Source of the DNA: Azolla caroliniana
Taxonomy: Eukaryota > Plantae > Polypodiophyta
Assembly (NCBI GenBank): GCA_043228905.1
Contig: JBHGNT010000022.1
Coordinates: 12,524,001 to 12,588,000 of the forward strand
Reading direction: 5' to 3'
DNA: 64,000 bases
Part shown: one piece after another, positions 11,210 to 24,383 of the stretch
Layout: the number at the start of each line of letters is the position of its first letter
Position numbering within the stretch: the first letter of the stretch is position 1
Made by a program: the position numbers and the translations under genes
Notes under the pieces: model-generated
Databases searched by the model: none
Told to the model about the DNA's origin: nothing
What the model saw: the letters and a program-made list of their open reading frames with translations, nothing else

Positions 11210-13370
11210 ACTGAAACCAATGACGGAGATATCCTCTCTGAGAGAGAAGAGCCCCCCGGAGATTTCCAGATGCATAGCATATGTTGCTAACCGATGAGGG
11301 GGAGCCGGAAAGCTTCGAAGAAGCAAAGAGAGATGCCCACAACCGCAAGTGGTTGAGTGCCATGCATGATGAGATGGATTCCTTGCATGAGAACCACACA
11401 TATGAACTGACGGAGTTGCCGAAAGGGAAGAGAGCACTCCGGAACAAGTGGGTGTACAAGCTGAAACCGGGAGATGCCGGAAATCCACCGAGGTATAAGG
11501 CCCGAATCGTGGTGAAGGGCTTCTAGCAGAAGAAAGGAGTGGACATCGATGAGATCTTTGCCCCGGTAGTAAAGATGACATCCATCCGGACGGTATTGAG
11601 CATAGCGGCAAGCATGGACCTCGAGGTAGAGCAATTGGACATCAAGACGACATTCCTACATGGTGACCTCGAAGAAGAGATCTACATGCATCAACCGGAA
11701 GGATTTGAGAAGAAAGGGAAGGAGCACCTAGTGTGCCGACTGAAGAAGAGCTTGTACGGATTGAAGCAAGCTCCCCGGCAATGGTACTAGAAGTTCGACT
11801 CCTTCATGACTGACCAAGGGTACCACAAGATGCAATCGGACCACTACGTGTTTGTGAAGAAATTTGTCGAAGGCGACTTCCTAATACTCCTGCTATATGT
11901 GGATGATATGATCATCGTCAAATGAGACCAAGTCAAGATCCAAATCTTGAAGAAGGCTCTGAACCGGACCTTCTCAATGAAAGATTTGGGTCCAGCAAGA
12001 CAAATTTTGGGGATGCACATCATTCGGGACCAGTCGAAGAAGTTGTTGTGGTTGTCACAGGAGAAGTACGTGACAAAGGTGTTTCAACAATTCAACATGT
12101 CGGAGGCGAAACCGGTCGGATCGACACTTCTGACAAATTGCAAGTTGACCGTAAAGCAAAGCCCGAAGACAATGGTAGAGAAGACGGATATGATGAAGAT
12201 ACCATATGCCTCAGCCGTCGGGAGCTTGATGTATGCGATGGTGTGTACCCGGCCTGACATCGGTTATGCTATAGGAGTAGTCATCCGGTTCATGAGGAAT
12301 CCCGGAAGAGAGCACTGAAATGCGGTCAAGTGGATCTCCGGTATCTGAAAGGCACCTTTAGTATGTGCCTCCGGTTCGGCTCCGGTAATCCCTAACTTGA
12401 CGGATTCACGAATTCAGATATGTTGGCTGATGCGGATACCAACCAGTCTACATCCGGGTATGTCATGACTTATGTAGGGGGAGCTGTTTCGTGGCAGTCG
12501 AGGCTACAGAAGACAGTTGCATTGTTAACCACGAAGGCGGAGTACATGGCAGTTGTAGAAGCCGGTAAGGAGATAATCTGGATGAAGGACTTCATCAGAG
12601 AGCTAGGAATCCAACAAGAGGAATACCGACTCTACTGCGACAATCAAAGTATCATCCACCTTGCAAAGAACGCGACCTACCATTCCTGGACGAAACATAT
12701 TCATCAAAGTTACCACTGGATCCAGGAGAGAGTAGAAGATCAAGAGTTCGTGCTGACGAAGATCCACACGGAGGAGAACAGGTCGGATATGTTGACCAAG
12801 GTGTTGACGACCGACAAGTTGGACGTGTGCTGAAAGCGGATTGGGATGACGAGACATCCCATGCCGGAGTGAAGGGGGAGATTGTTGGGAAATTGGTCCC
12901 TCCGAATGGGATCCGGTTATGAATAAAGAGGGCCCGGTGAGAACCGGAAGAGAAGACATACTTGTAAATGTGTTGAGTAAGCCTATTGAGGCTATATTTG
13001 TAAGTAGCCCTAAGTTCATATAAATATAAATATGACTTAGGGCAATCACTTTGTGTTGTGTTTGTTGTCATATTGTTATATGTGTATAACTTTTGTACAG
13101 ACAAAGAGTGAGAGAGAGCGAAAGAGTAGCTACGAGCACTTTCTGTTGTAACCGCCGTTTGGCGAAGATACAGAGCACGAGGTCGTTGCCTCTGTGCCTC
13201 TACTTTGTATTTCCTCTCATATAGTGATAGTTGGAGTCCGTGGCTTCCCATGGTTTTTCCCTATTAGGGGTTTCCATGTAAATATTCTGTGTACTCTCTA
13301 CTTCCCATTTCTGTGTTCAAGACTCGGTTGTGGCTGAGCGATATTCTTCGCTATTCTTATTAGGATTTCA
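11210..13370 (+). mobile_element. Decayed 3' half of copia family A (RT, RNase H, PPT, 3' LTR)
   Basis: Broken RT/RNase H ORFs 11281-12833. PPT agggggagat 12873-12882. LTR starts TGTTGGG at 12883; its right end is approximate. Confidence 0.85.
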
Positions 13371-13625
13371 TTTTCGAGTTGAAGTTGTTGCAAGGCCATT
13401 ACTTGGTTTAGGTTGTCGACGGAGTCAGACATGGTAGCAAGAAGACGAAGGTGAACAAACTGTCACGGACGAGTATAATAGAGTAGAACCAAGACGAGAC
13501 GAAGAACTAGGAGAGAGAAAAAGAAAAAGAACTTGACTTATGATTCCGTAACTGGTGTTGTTCACCTTGATAAGAATCAAGGTGCACATGAGTATTTATA
13601 CACGAAGGTAGAGGTATGTATGCTA

Positions 13626-13725
13626 GCTAGGAATAGAGAATGCATGAAGATCCATGCAAGCTAGGAATAGAGAATGCATGTATGCAAACTAGGAATAGAG
13701 AAGGCACGTATGCAAGCTAGGAACT
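13626..13725. repeat. Short tandem repeat (gctaggaatagagaatgcatg-like, ~4 copies)
   Basis: Repeated ctaggaatagagaa motif, possibly inside a degenerate LTR starting near 13461. Confidence 0.5.
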
Positions 13726-15319
13726 TCCAATGTTCAATCTACCATACACTAAGTTGGATTTGAATACAAGGATGCATAGATGGATTTCCAGTGATTTAAT
13801 TGAGAATTTCAATAATCAAATTGTCCCAAGAAAGCTAAGTAATCGAAGGATCTCAAAGTGGGAGAAATTTTTATTCTCTCTCCTTCACAAGATCAATTTC
13901 AAGCTCCCATCAGATCTCAATTTCATATCATGAGGGTTACACAAAAAAAGACCAAATGTTTAGTATTTTGCATTACTTTTCCTCTCTTTTGATAATGAAT
14001 GAGTCACAAGGCACAAATAGAAACTAAGATTTTCAAGATAACAACCACGAAACCCTTTAATAAGAGTTACGGAATTTCAAAGATTTTCTATAGAGTTCCA
14101 AGACTAATGACAACACATATAACTTAACTAATCCAACAAGCTATATAGTTTGTTTGCCACGACCTTGGAGTTCAAAATGATTTAAACCTCGTATTTTGGT
14201 CCATCAACAAATTGAATCAAAGGTAGGGGAGGATCAATGCAATTGGGAGAGAGCTCAAAGCATAATGTTTCCAAGGTGATTTAGGGAACATTGAATGAAG
14301 ATTTATATGGATAGGGAGATCTAAATGAAATGCACCATCATTTTTTTAGCGAGAGATTAAGAATGGACCAAGGCATTGTTAATCTAAATTGCCAAATCAT
14401 CTAATGGCCTTTACATTACATCAAACAACCAAATATGATCCGTAACTTGAAACATAGGTTCCTCTCATTAAGAGGTTTAATGATGCCAATATACAACAAG
14501 CTTGTGGCAACTTGAACATTGTGTGAATTGTGTGAAATCTCTTGCAAATCCTTTGGAGTTGAACTAGAACCTTTTGGAGGTGATGATTTGTATTTGTAGA
14601 GAATAGAATGTCTTGTGGAAGAATGCATGAAATTATTGTGAGAGAACATAAAATTTTGAGAGAGTTAACCATCATGCCAATTGAGTTATTGGTAACCTCT
14701 ATGAGAATTCTTGGGCATTGTCTAAGAAGCAAAATTTGGAAATATAACGATTTCTACATAGATGGCATGAAGAAGGCCTGAATGTTAATGTGCTTCGAAG
14801 ATACTAGTTGCCAATACCCATAGTCAGATAGAACCAAAAAGTATTTGCTTTTGATGGTTAAATGTAGGTTCTCTTAGCCAAGGTGCCTTTACTTGTTGCT
14901 ATCATTGTTGTAGAATACTTCACATACAATACATGTAGAACACATATGCTAAGTATTCTAACTTTTTTAAAAAAATACTTAGAATACATATTTTACAGAT
15001 AAAATACTTAGAATATGTAGACTTTGTGTAATAAAGTTAAATATTTCTTAAAGTATTTTCTCAAAAAAATGATTTTTTTAAATTTCAAAAATTTCAATTT
15101 TTTTTGAAATGTGAAATGCTTGTTAAATACATAGAATACATGAAAAATTGAAAAATGGGAGTTCTAAAACATAGAATACATGTAGAATATTCTAGGGATC
15201 GACAACGGTTCGGTTTAGGATTAGCCGGTTTGGCCTGATCCAAGCCAAACCGGCTAACCCTAAACCGTTTATGGGATCTCAAACCTGAACCAAACCGAAC
15301 CGAGCCGGTTCTTGCAAAC

Positions 15320-15743
15320 CTCCCTCTCTCTCTCTCTCTCTCTCATATGATCCACTATATACTATATAGTATACATTGTACAAGCTCTCCCTCCCACTCT
15401 CTCTCTCTCACGTCTGTAGTTTCGATTCTCTCCCTCTCTCTCTCTCTCCCCTCTGTGTAGTCTCTTTCTCTCTCTCTCTCTCTCTCCCCTTTGTGTAGTT
15501 TCTCCCTCTCTCTCTCTCCCCCCCTCTGTAGGCTCTCTCTCTCTCTCCCCTCTGTGTAGTCTCTTTCTCTCTCTCTCTCTCTCTCTCCCCTTTGTGTAGT
15601 TTCTCTCTCTCTCTCTCTCCCCTTTGTGTAGTCTCTCTCTCTCTCTCTCTCCTTATCTCTTGTCTCCCTCCCTCCCTCTCTCTCTCTCCTCGTTTGTGTA
15701 GTTCTCCCTCACTCACTCTCTCTCTCTCTCCCATCGTCTGTTT

Positions 15744-15793
<50 letters not shown>

Positions 15794-15836
15794 CTTGTCT
15801 GTTGTCTCTTTCCCTCTCTCTCTTTCTCTCTCTCCC
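15320..15836. repeat. (CT)n microsatellite punctuated by repeated CCCCTYTGTGTAGT spacers
   Basis: Directly visible, with about 7 spacer units between CT runs. Confidence 0.9.
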
Positions 15837-18300
15837 ATATACAAAACACTCAAATCAAGGTAGATCAGGATCAATGCCACAAAATAAATGGTATGATGAG
15901 GATTGTAGGGACTTACATAGACAACTTACAGTATCGCAACTCAATGGTAGTATTACCTCCATACAAGCTCGCAAAGAAATGCGCAAGATGACACGTCGTA
16001 AGAGACGAGCGTGGGAGGCATCCCAATATTGGGAACTCTACCATATGCTCATGAGTAGCGATTGCACCACGGCATGGAAGAGACTACGGGAGCCAAGACC
16101 ACAAACACCCATCGAAGATCCCGAAACTTGGCACACATATATAGAGAGACTTTACCAAATCCCAAACCAACCACCCATTCCAATGCCTTCCACACCCCGG
16201 CCTACCGGGGACACTTTTCACGACCTCTAGGGTCGTGAAGGTCATAAAGAAATTAAAACATAGGAAGTCCATGGACCACATAGGATTGCGAGCAGAACAA
16301 ATTATATATGCGAGAGAGTGCCTAGCTCCCTTGCTAACTCTAATCTTCAATTGTGCCCTTGCGGAGGGTTTTCCACCACAGTGGACTATGAATACAGTGG
16401 CCCCCATACATAAAGGGGGGGACCCCATGGACCCAAATACATATAGGACCATTATGATAGGCCATACCCTTGCTAAGTTATATGGTGCAGTAATGGAACC
16501 AGAGCTTAGCGACTATATGGAGACCCTAAACCTTCGTGCACTTGAACAAGCTGGCTTTAGACGAGCCTTCTCCACTATTGATCATATCTTCACACTTAGA
16601 TGCCTAATTGACCAAACTAAGGCTCGCAAGAAGAAATTATATTGCTATATTATCTTGCTCTATGTGGATGACATAGTTTTGCTCTTTGAATCCGAACACG
16701 ACCTACAAAGGCACCTTAATGCCTTAGATGACTTGTGTACAACGAGGATTGGTAGTGAATCTAGGGAAAACGAAAGTCCTTATCTTCCACACATCGGCCC
16801 AAGTTAGAGCTAAGTGTCACCTAACTATCTCCCATAGCCCAGTCGAGGGGGTTGGATCATATACGTCTATCTCGGAGTCACTTTTGGTGCCCGCTTAGGT
16901 AAATTTTCGATGACACAGGCAGCGAAGGATAGACTCATGAAAGGACATGCATCCCTCTCACTCCTAGAGAGACAATGCCACCAAGCACACTTTCAAGAGC
17001 CACGGACTAAAGGGTGGCTCTTTGACTCATTAGTGACCCCCTCCCTCATGTATGCATCAGCGGTTTGGGCTCCAGGATTACCATCTTTCATGTGGACGCA
17101 ATTAGAGAGACCATTGGTAATGATGCTATCACGCCAACTCTGAAGCAAATCGACTGTACCACATGACATTATTAGGGCTGAGTTCACGTTACCCCCAATG
17201 TTAGTAGAGGCACTTTTCCAACTTGTAGTCTTCATTCACAGGATACATAGTCAACCACATGATAGAATATCTCATCAAGCCTTTAAGGCCTCTCGATCAT
17301 TGTATGAGTCCGACTATACTAGCTCATGGTATGGCATGATGGTGAGTTGGCTTCTTGCGAATGGTCTAAACATTAATAACCTACCTCCCTTAGGTACAAC
17401 CACACGAGTGATAACACTTTAATCTCTCATGAGGACCGCAATAAAGTAATACGCCAAGAAATATGGCAAATTTACACTCGGTGTAAATGAATCACCCCAC
17501 TAGAGCCACTCCCATCTAAAATGTTGTACTATAAGAAACACTTCATGCACTTCTCTGAGTTAGGTTATATCACGCGGCCAAAATATCTAAATGTATTCTT
17601 ACCACATGCACTAAGGGCACCAACTTGAGATTGAGAATGGCCGTATTAGTGGAGTCCCTAGGGAGGAAAGGATATGTAGGTTATGTCACATAGAGATAGA
17701 GGATGAGTACCACTTTACATGCAAGTGTCCAACCTATGCCGAGATAAGGGCAAAATACCAAGACATACTTGGTTCGTCTCCCACCCTCCCCAAACTATTA
17801 GATACTCTAGATATAAAGAAATTAGGCAAATACATTCTAGAGCTAAAACAACACAGAGAGAATAAGTTACAAAATGTTGACAATAATGTTCAACGAATGC
17901 CGACACACTTACACCACTCGGCCTCTCCATTGATGAGGCAGAAAACCAGAGAAGAACCAGACGTCCTCGGGTGCCGGGTTTCAAAGCAACTCGACGTGAT
18001 GTGGAAGCAATATTGAAAATAAGGGAACGTGAGCTACACCGCCTAGAAGCCATGGCTAGGGCACTCTCTACATTGGAACCATGGGTCACACCCACATCAA
18101 GACCCTTTGGCCCCCCACTTCTTTTCAAGAGGCTTGGGTGGAAATAAAATTAGGCTTAGTGTATAGTCACTTTCGAGTATACTACGTATTGTACACTACT
18201 AGAACTCTTTTAGTTTAAGTTCTATTTTTTACTTAATTTTATTTTAGTTATGATGATTGGATAAATACTCTTTTGTTGTAAACCAATTGTCTCATGGGCC
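15837..18300 (+). mobile_element. RTE/RTE-X-like LINE, 5'-truncated, decayed ORF2
   Basis: KWYDEDC, PIHKGGD..PNTYRTI, QAGFRRAFSTIDHIFTL, then LLYVDD after an internal deletion. C-terminal RICRLC..EDEYH..C..Y..IR near 17670-17750. Confidence 0.8.
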
Positions 18301-18596
18301 AAATTTGGCCTTAGAAGACGTTAAAATATCTTTCTTTCTTTCTTTCTTTCTCCCCCTCGCTCTAAAGTTTATGAACGGCTTAAATGGCTTAAACGGCTTG
18401 AGCCGGTTTGGCGAGGCTCAAGCCAAGCCAAGCCGATCCGAGCTCAAACCGTTAAGGCAAGTTCAAGCCTAAACTGAGTCGAGCCGATAAACCGCTAAGC
18501 CGCTTTAAGGCGGCTAAGACAAATGGTTTAGGCTTGAGCCGAGCCGTTGCCAATCCCTAGAATATACTACAAAGTACTCTAAAACGTACTCTACAC

Positions 18597-21234
18597 TGGA
18601 ATCGGCAATAGTTCAGTTACGGTTTAACTGGTTCGACCTTATCCACAAGCCAAAACCGGTTTGGGACAAAACAATTATTGCAAGGGACAAATCAATGTGC
18701 AATGTACTAATCTTGCTCTTGTCCAACCTCATCGTCCCTAAACCCTAAACCCTAAAGCTCAAGAATAAGGAGAGTTGGCAAAGCTTAGGAGGTTTATAAA
18801 TGTTTGTGACCTAAAGGGGAAACATTGAACCTGGATTTTGGTTACAACGTGAGGTTTTGATGCATGAAATATTTGAATCTTGATCCTCTTTTAGGATTTC
18901 TATGAATGAAATTCAGATTTATTACCACAACATTCATGTTTGACTAGCACTTGCACTTTTTGTATGCATAGAACGATTGTTTCCCCTACCTCCATTTTCT
19001 GTAATTGTGGTTGCTACAACATTTAGCCTAAGTAACTTATTTATTGACTAACATTTCTTTATGGACTTGAGCTGCTCTTGGTGCAAATAATTGCATCTAA
19101 CACAATGTGATTTTCTATGTTGACCTAAATGATCGACATAATTTTAGGTTCAATTGGCATGCCATCATCTTGTTCACATATGCACCACTGATATATGTTT
19201 GGTGCACTCATATTCAAACCCCACAATTGTGACTTAGGCATTGAGGCATTTGTTGTGAAACCATCCACACCATCATTATTACTTTTCCCAATGGGGCTCC
19301 AAATCAGCAACCCCAATCAATTCATATTCACACCTCACAATTGTAATTTTGATCCATCATTGAGGCATTTGTTAGATGTGAAGTCATCCACACACCATTG
19401 TTACATTTATTAATGGGGCTTTTAATCATCAGCCACAATCACGATATTGTTATCTTGATGGGTTTTGTTATATTCCACTCATTGGCCACCAAATTATAAT
19501 GTGAAAGGGTGATTCCATACTGAAACGCTTGGTCACTAGTGTGCTTTTATATCATTAGGGGCTTAATAGATAGACAGAACAAAAGGTATGATTTATCTGG
19601 TGGCCATTCCAAACTTGAATGACATTACAAGCCCAACAATTTGGTCTTTATTCTCAATAATGACAATTTTTGTTAAAAATTACATCATTTATACTGCAAA
19701 TTTGAGGTCATCTTAAGCTCACAATAGAAATATATAATCAAATAAGGTAAAAGCATATTTAGGATATAAATTGATAAAATGTCATCGTTTATATCACATT
19801 TAATATTAAGGTGAGAGGCAAAGTTTTGAACGTGCCTGTTTGAAATGTTCATGAACGTACAAGAAAGAGCCTAGCATCTCATAGCCAACCACTAAGACAT
19901 ACATACACTAAACCTAGTATATGTGTATTAAACTCAGATTTGATTGTTCTTTCAAACTTGAATGTAGTATAAGTGACTATACAATGGTTTATTGTACTCT
20001 CTAACAGATTCAAAATTGCTACATGTTACTATAATTTTATAGAACACTCTTCCTAATCTAATATCCACAAGAATATTTCCTTGAGCTGTTATCTCCTGTT
20101 TATCGTCAATATTATCACTATCAAGTAGCTGTTTCAGGTACAAAAAAATAATCTAGAAGTGGTCGAGAATTACCCCATCTTGTTTCAACTGAGGATTTCA
20201 ATGTTTCAACTTCGCTGCGCCTCTTCAATGATGGTGCAAGCGCCACTCCTAACCGAGCTATATAGATGCAAAAATAACTTGTTATTGCATTTCTTGGACC
20301 ATGGAAGCAACAGAAAGAAAGTAAAATCCGAAATAAAAGTGTGATATATAAGGCAGAGATTGCAGTGGTTTAGAAAAGCCCTCAAATATCGAGAATGCGA
20401 TGTGACATTCTCATGTGGACAGCTTTTTCATGGGAAAACTCTCCATCTTGGTACACTCTAACCTCTGTCCAAGTCATTCCCTAGTTCTACAAGTCTTGTT
20501 ATCTTTAGCATCTTTTTCATCTACATACCAGTATAACAAGAACTCAGATTTGACCAATTGTAGATAACGTCCACATATATTTTGTGGCAATGAAGAAAAA
20601 GAACCAGACCAATGTTTCTCTATATTAAGCTCAGGTGTGGGCAGATGTGGGCTTAAGACACCAAAACATTGTTAAGATATTCATTAACATGCAACAAATG
20701 GAGATAATAAATAAAACAGTATATTAAGCTCAGGTTCAATCACGATCTCTCTATATGGTGCTGTTATGACAGAAATGCAAATAATGGTGAATCTCATATA
20801 CTACATAGATATTCATATAAACATTAAACAATTGATTGCAAGGTGAACAAGAAAGGTCGATTGCATACAAGAACAGTGTATTAGCTCATGTTCAATCACG
20901 GTCTATATGGTGCTGTTACTTGAATGCGTGCAGGCAGCAGGTTGCAGGAGGTGCTCTAAGCTCGATTGGAGGTCCTCGTCGCCGTTCACTAAGCAGGCTC
21001 CCTCGTCTGTGTGGAGACTCGTCACTCAACAATCGGTTCGGCGTTGCCTATTGGCTTCCTCTTTGTCTCTCTCTCTCTCTCTCAAGTTCTATCTTTTCAC
21101 GTTTTTAGTTATTAAATGACATCTAAACGGCTTAACCGGTTTGAGCCGGTTGGGCAAGGCTCAAGCCAAGCCGAGCCGAGCCGCGAAACCGCTAAACCGA
21201 TTTTATGCTTGAGCTGACCTGATGCCGATCCCTA
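18597..21234. mobile_element. Second hAT-type non-autonomous element
   Basis: Degenerate left terminus tggaatcggcaatagttcagtt, right terminus tgccgatcccta, and subterminal GAGCCG/AAACCG repeats. The TSD is not clean. Confidence 0.6.
18736..18756 (-). repeat. Interstitial plant telomeric repeat (TTTAGGG)3
   Basis: ccctaaaccctaaaccctaaa. Confidence 0.7.
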
Positions 21235-23510
21235 TGAATCTACACATAGAATACATGTTTTTTAACAACTATAGTTGCGATATACCTACTGTCTGGCTAA
21301 TAAAATGATAACTAATTGGTGGTGACAAATATGCCATGGAAATGTGCGTGATGCTAAAATTTGAATTCATATCAAGTTATGATTTTCAAAGTGTTGAATG
21401 CCACTAATCTCCCTCACTGACCTGACAAACAACTAAAAGTATAGTAGTGTTTTATATACCTAGTTAGTGTTATTATGGAGATTAACTTTTTGTTCTCATT
21501 CCCGTTCTTCTATTGGTGTGATGACCTTAGATTTGCATACTAAGCAAAATGGTGTTGCCAAAATGTTAGTCTTGTAATTAGTCTATAGGTCCATAGTATT
21601 ACGCATGTCAAATGACATCCAACATGTAAGATGAATATTGGATAATAGAAGGCAAAAAAGGATGGTAAAAGATAAATAGGAGCAATGAACAAGATGCGAC
21701 TAGATCTATATAGAACGAAGTATACCAAGTAATGGTTGTTGACATTCTTGAGAACAAATAGGGTGAGAACCCTCTTTATATATAATCAAGCATGCAAAAG
21801 GTAGGCCATGAAAGTGTGCCACCTTGCAACTCTATGTGCAAAACCCATGTCTGAGAAAGAGTATCCAAAAACAAAATGTTACAAAATGTTTCTTTAACTA
21901 ACAATCGAGTTACTTTTAATTCTTTAACAAAAATTAAAGGTTTCTAATTTAGAGGGAGTGTATAGAGTAAACAAATGTGCATACAAACTACGTGTGTTTT
22001 AATCAATCTCTTCTTTCGTCTAATACACCGCAAGTTATTTGTCCAATTTATTGCTCTACATTTTTCGTAAATTCAACGATCATCCTTTTTTTGTTACTCT
22101 GTTTTCTTCAAATTTAAAACCTTGACAACTTCACCTGAACATGAATGTATCCAAGAAAGTTTTTCAAAAACTTTTCTTTAACAATAATGGAATTAGGTTT
22201 CAAAGGAATGTGTTAAAATTCCTCATACTTTAGCTTAACCATGGACAAAAACAGTTGGCCCCAACAACATGGAAGTTTACACATATTCCACAACATGATA
22301 AAAACAATTGCATAAAAGGAAAAGAAATACGAAATGTAGAGGCTAATTTCATGGCAAAATCGGCGACAATGAAGTGAAATGTCAATATATCTTAGAAACA
22401 TTCAAATCATATGACATTAAAAGATTCATGGGCCAAAGTCCACGAAAGCCATGTGTATGAGTTCTTGGGTGAATAAACTACAACCCATTGAGGGCAAACC
22501 GGCTAATCTATCATTAATTTGCAAACAAGGCAAATCATAGATGGTGCAAATCTCTTACATGTGCTAACCAAACTTTAAACCTCTTGCCTTACACTAAATA
22601 AATTGAACGACACCAAGTAACAATTGAACAAAAATAAACTTATCATAATGCCAAGTGATAAAGAAATTAAATTACATATTGTTATCAATGCATATAAAAG
22701 ATACTTATGGAAATTCTCATCTTTAATATTTTACATTAACTAATGATCTTAAAATTCTATAAAAACTATATTCGTTAGTTACAGAGATCGTAAACTTCTT
22801 AAAATTGACGAAAACATCAAAACAAATGTGATGCTGAGAAAAGTGGAATTATTAAATGTTAAAAAAGGCAACCATTGGTCTTGTTAAGTAAGCAATATGG
22901 AAAATGCTTATTAGTGTTGGAAATTGTTCTTGACATAGAACAACTTATACATAATTGTTCTTGGTTGCGGGGACGGTACGACTCAATTAAGGGGGAATCT
23001 GATGCACTTGAAAGAGCTCAGTCAAAGCTCCCATTGAAATGGGGTAGTTCTCCTATGGTGGGCAGATCATCATCAGGGTCTAAATGGAACTACCAAGCAC
23101 CCCGATGGCTATTTTTGCCAATGGCTTCCATTAGTGACCAATTGTTGTAAATATGTATAGATATGGTACAAGTTAATTACTAGGTTATAGGAGTTGTTGG
23201 GATACTTTTGTTGAAAATGAGATGGGGACTATGACCACTTTGGTGAGATGGCCAGGGTGAGGGTTGCTGAAATTTGCTGGTCTATGATGTACTTTGTTTG
23301 CTAATTAATGCGAAATAGTGTTTTTTTTGGAAAAATAAAATTAAAATAAAATACACGCAATTCTAATTACAAAGGACTTATACACAAATAATGATTTAAA
23401 AAACCATCTATTTATTAATACATTTGAAACAACAAATTAGAAAAGGCATCACTTATTATGACATATCAAAGTGATCAAACTTTCATTTGGTTAGCAAATG
23501 TGATTGCACC

Positions 23511-24047
23511 TCATGCACAACAAGTAGGATCCACCTTGGATGTCCAGGTAGAGGAGGTAGGGATGTCATTGGTTGGCACGATAGAACCAAATGAGGAAGA
23601 AGAAAAGTTATTAATACTGCTATGGAAGAAGAAGAATCCAAATCCAAACCCGAGCATGATAACAACAAAGACACCAACATTGAAAGTCATCACAGCAAGC
23701 ATAAGGAAGTAAGCAATGGAGACCATGAGCACAAAGAAGGCTGAATGGAAGACACGAGTGAATAAAGATCCTGCATAAGGAGGAGAAGAACACGTTTGTC
23801 CCAAGAGAGTTAACTTAGCTTGCAAGTATTGGTACAGGATTGCTATCACAAAGAGAGCTAAAAGAGAGAGGATATAATAGCCCCAAGTGGTGGTCCTCCA
23901 TTGGTCGAAGAGTATCACAACTTTTTGCCCTCCATAGAATGTCATATGCATCACCATGTGTGATTTCATGGTGGTATTGGTGTTGTTTCCACTTGTATCG
24001 TTGTTGTTACTCATAGTATGATTCATATGTGTGTCTGACATGTTCAT
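23511..24047 (-). CDS. COPT: Ctr/COPT high-affinity copper transporter, paralogue 1
   Basis: Met/His-rich N-terminus, MHMTFY motif, three TM segments, MLAVM (MxxxM), GFGFG (GxxxG) and C-terminal CC. Intronless and intact. The start may be the Met at 24041, matching paralogue 2. Confidence 0.95.
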   Translation of the reverse strand: MNMSDTHMNHTMSNNNDTSGNNTNTTMKSHMVMHMTFYGGQKVVILFDQWRTTTWGYYILSLLALFVIAILYQYLQAKLTLLGQTCSSPPYAGSLFTRVFHSAFFVLMVSIAYFLMLAVMTFNVGVFVVIMLGFGFGFFFFHSSINNFSSSSFGSIVPTNDIPTSSTWTSKVDPTCCA

Positions 24048-24297
24048 TCGAAGATTTGTCTTCCAATAGACTATATTCGTTGGAAGGAGTACAAAAGAAT
24101 CCTTATAACCATTGTATATATAAGTCTCACTTCATGCCCTTATATGCCTAAATGTGCACAACAAGGATGTCCATGAAGCTTACATTGTCATGAATTCCCA
24201 TATTTCTTGGCCATGGTCAACAAGAATCTCAAATCTTGTCCTTTTGTTCCATCCCGCTCTCATTCCCAAGTGCTCTGTGAGATTATGAGACTTGCGA

Positions 24298-24383
24298 GTA
24301 CATAAATCGTGTTTTTCGTACTATGCATGTGAGTTCTCAACATGTAGTACACTAATTTTTAGTACTCCCAAAATTTTAAGTAC
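24298..24383 (-). promoter_or_regulatory. Cluster of GTAC copper-response cores (SPL7/CRR1-type)
   Basis: GTAC at 24298, 24318, 24347, 24362 and 24380, plus 24089, all upstream of COPT paralogue 1. Confidence 0.75.

Larger units (their letters stand above)
15193..18559. mobile_element. Non-autonomous hAT element containing a LINE
   Basis: TIRs TAGGGATCGACAACGG / CCGTTGCCAATCCCTA. 8-bp TSD gaatattc/gaatatac. AAACCG/GAGCCG subterminal repeats. Confidence 0.85.

Noticed and set aside
13900-14880. Possibly decayed coding sequence
   Set aside because: No identifiable motif in any frame by eye.
15408-15830. ER-rich and SL-rich ORFs
   Set aside because: Translations of the (CT)n microsatellite.
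22875-23290. Slightly GC-richer stretch with a 91-aa ORF downstream of COPT1
   Set aside because: No recognisable motif or splice structure, so I cannot support a call.
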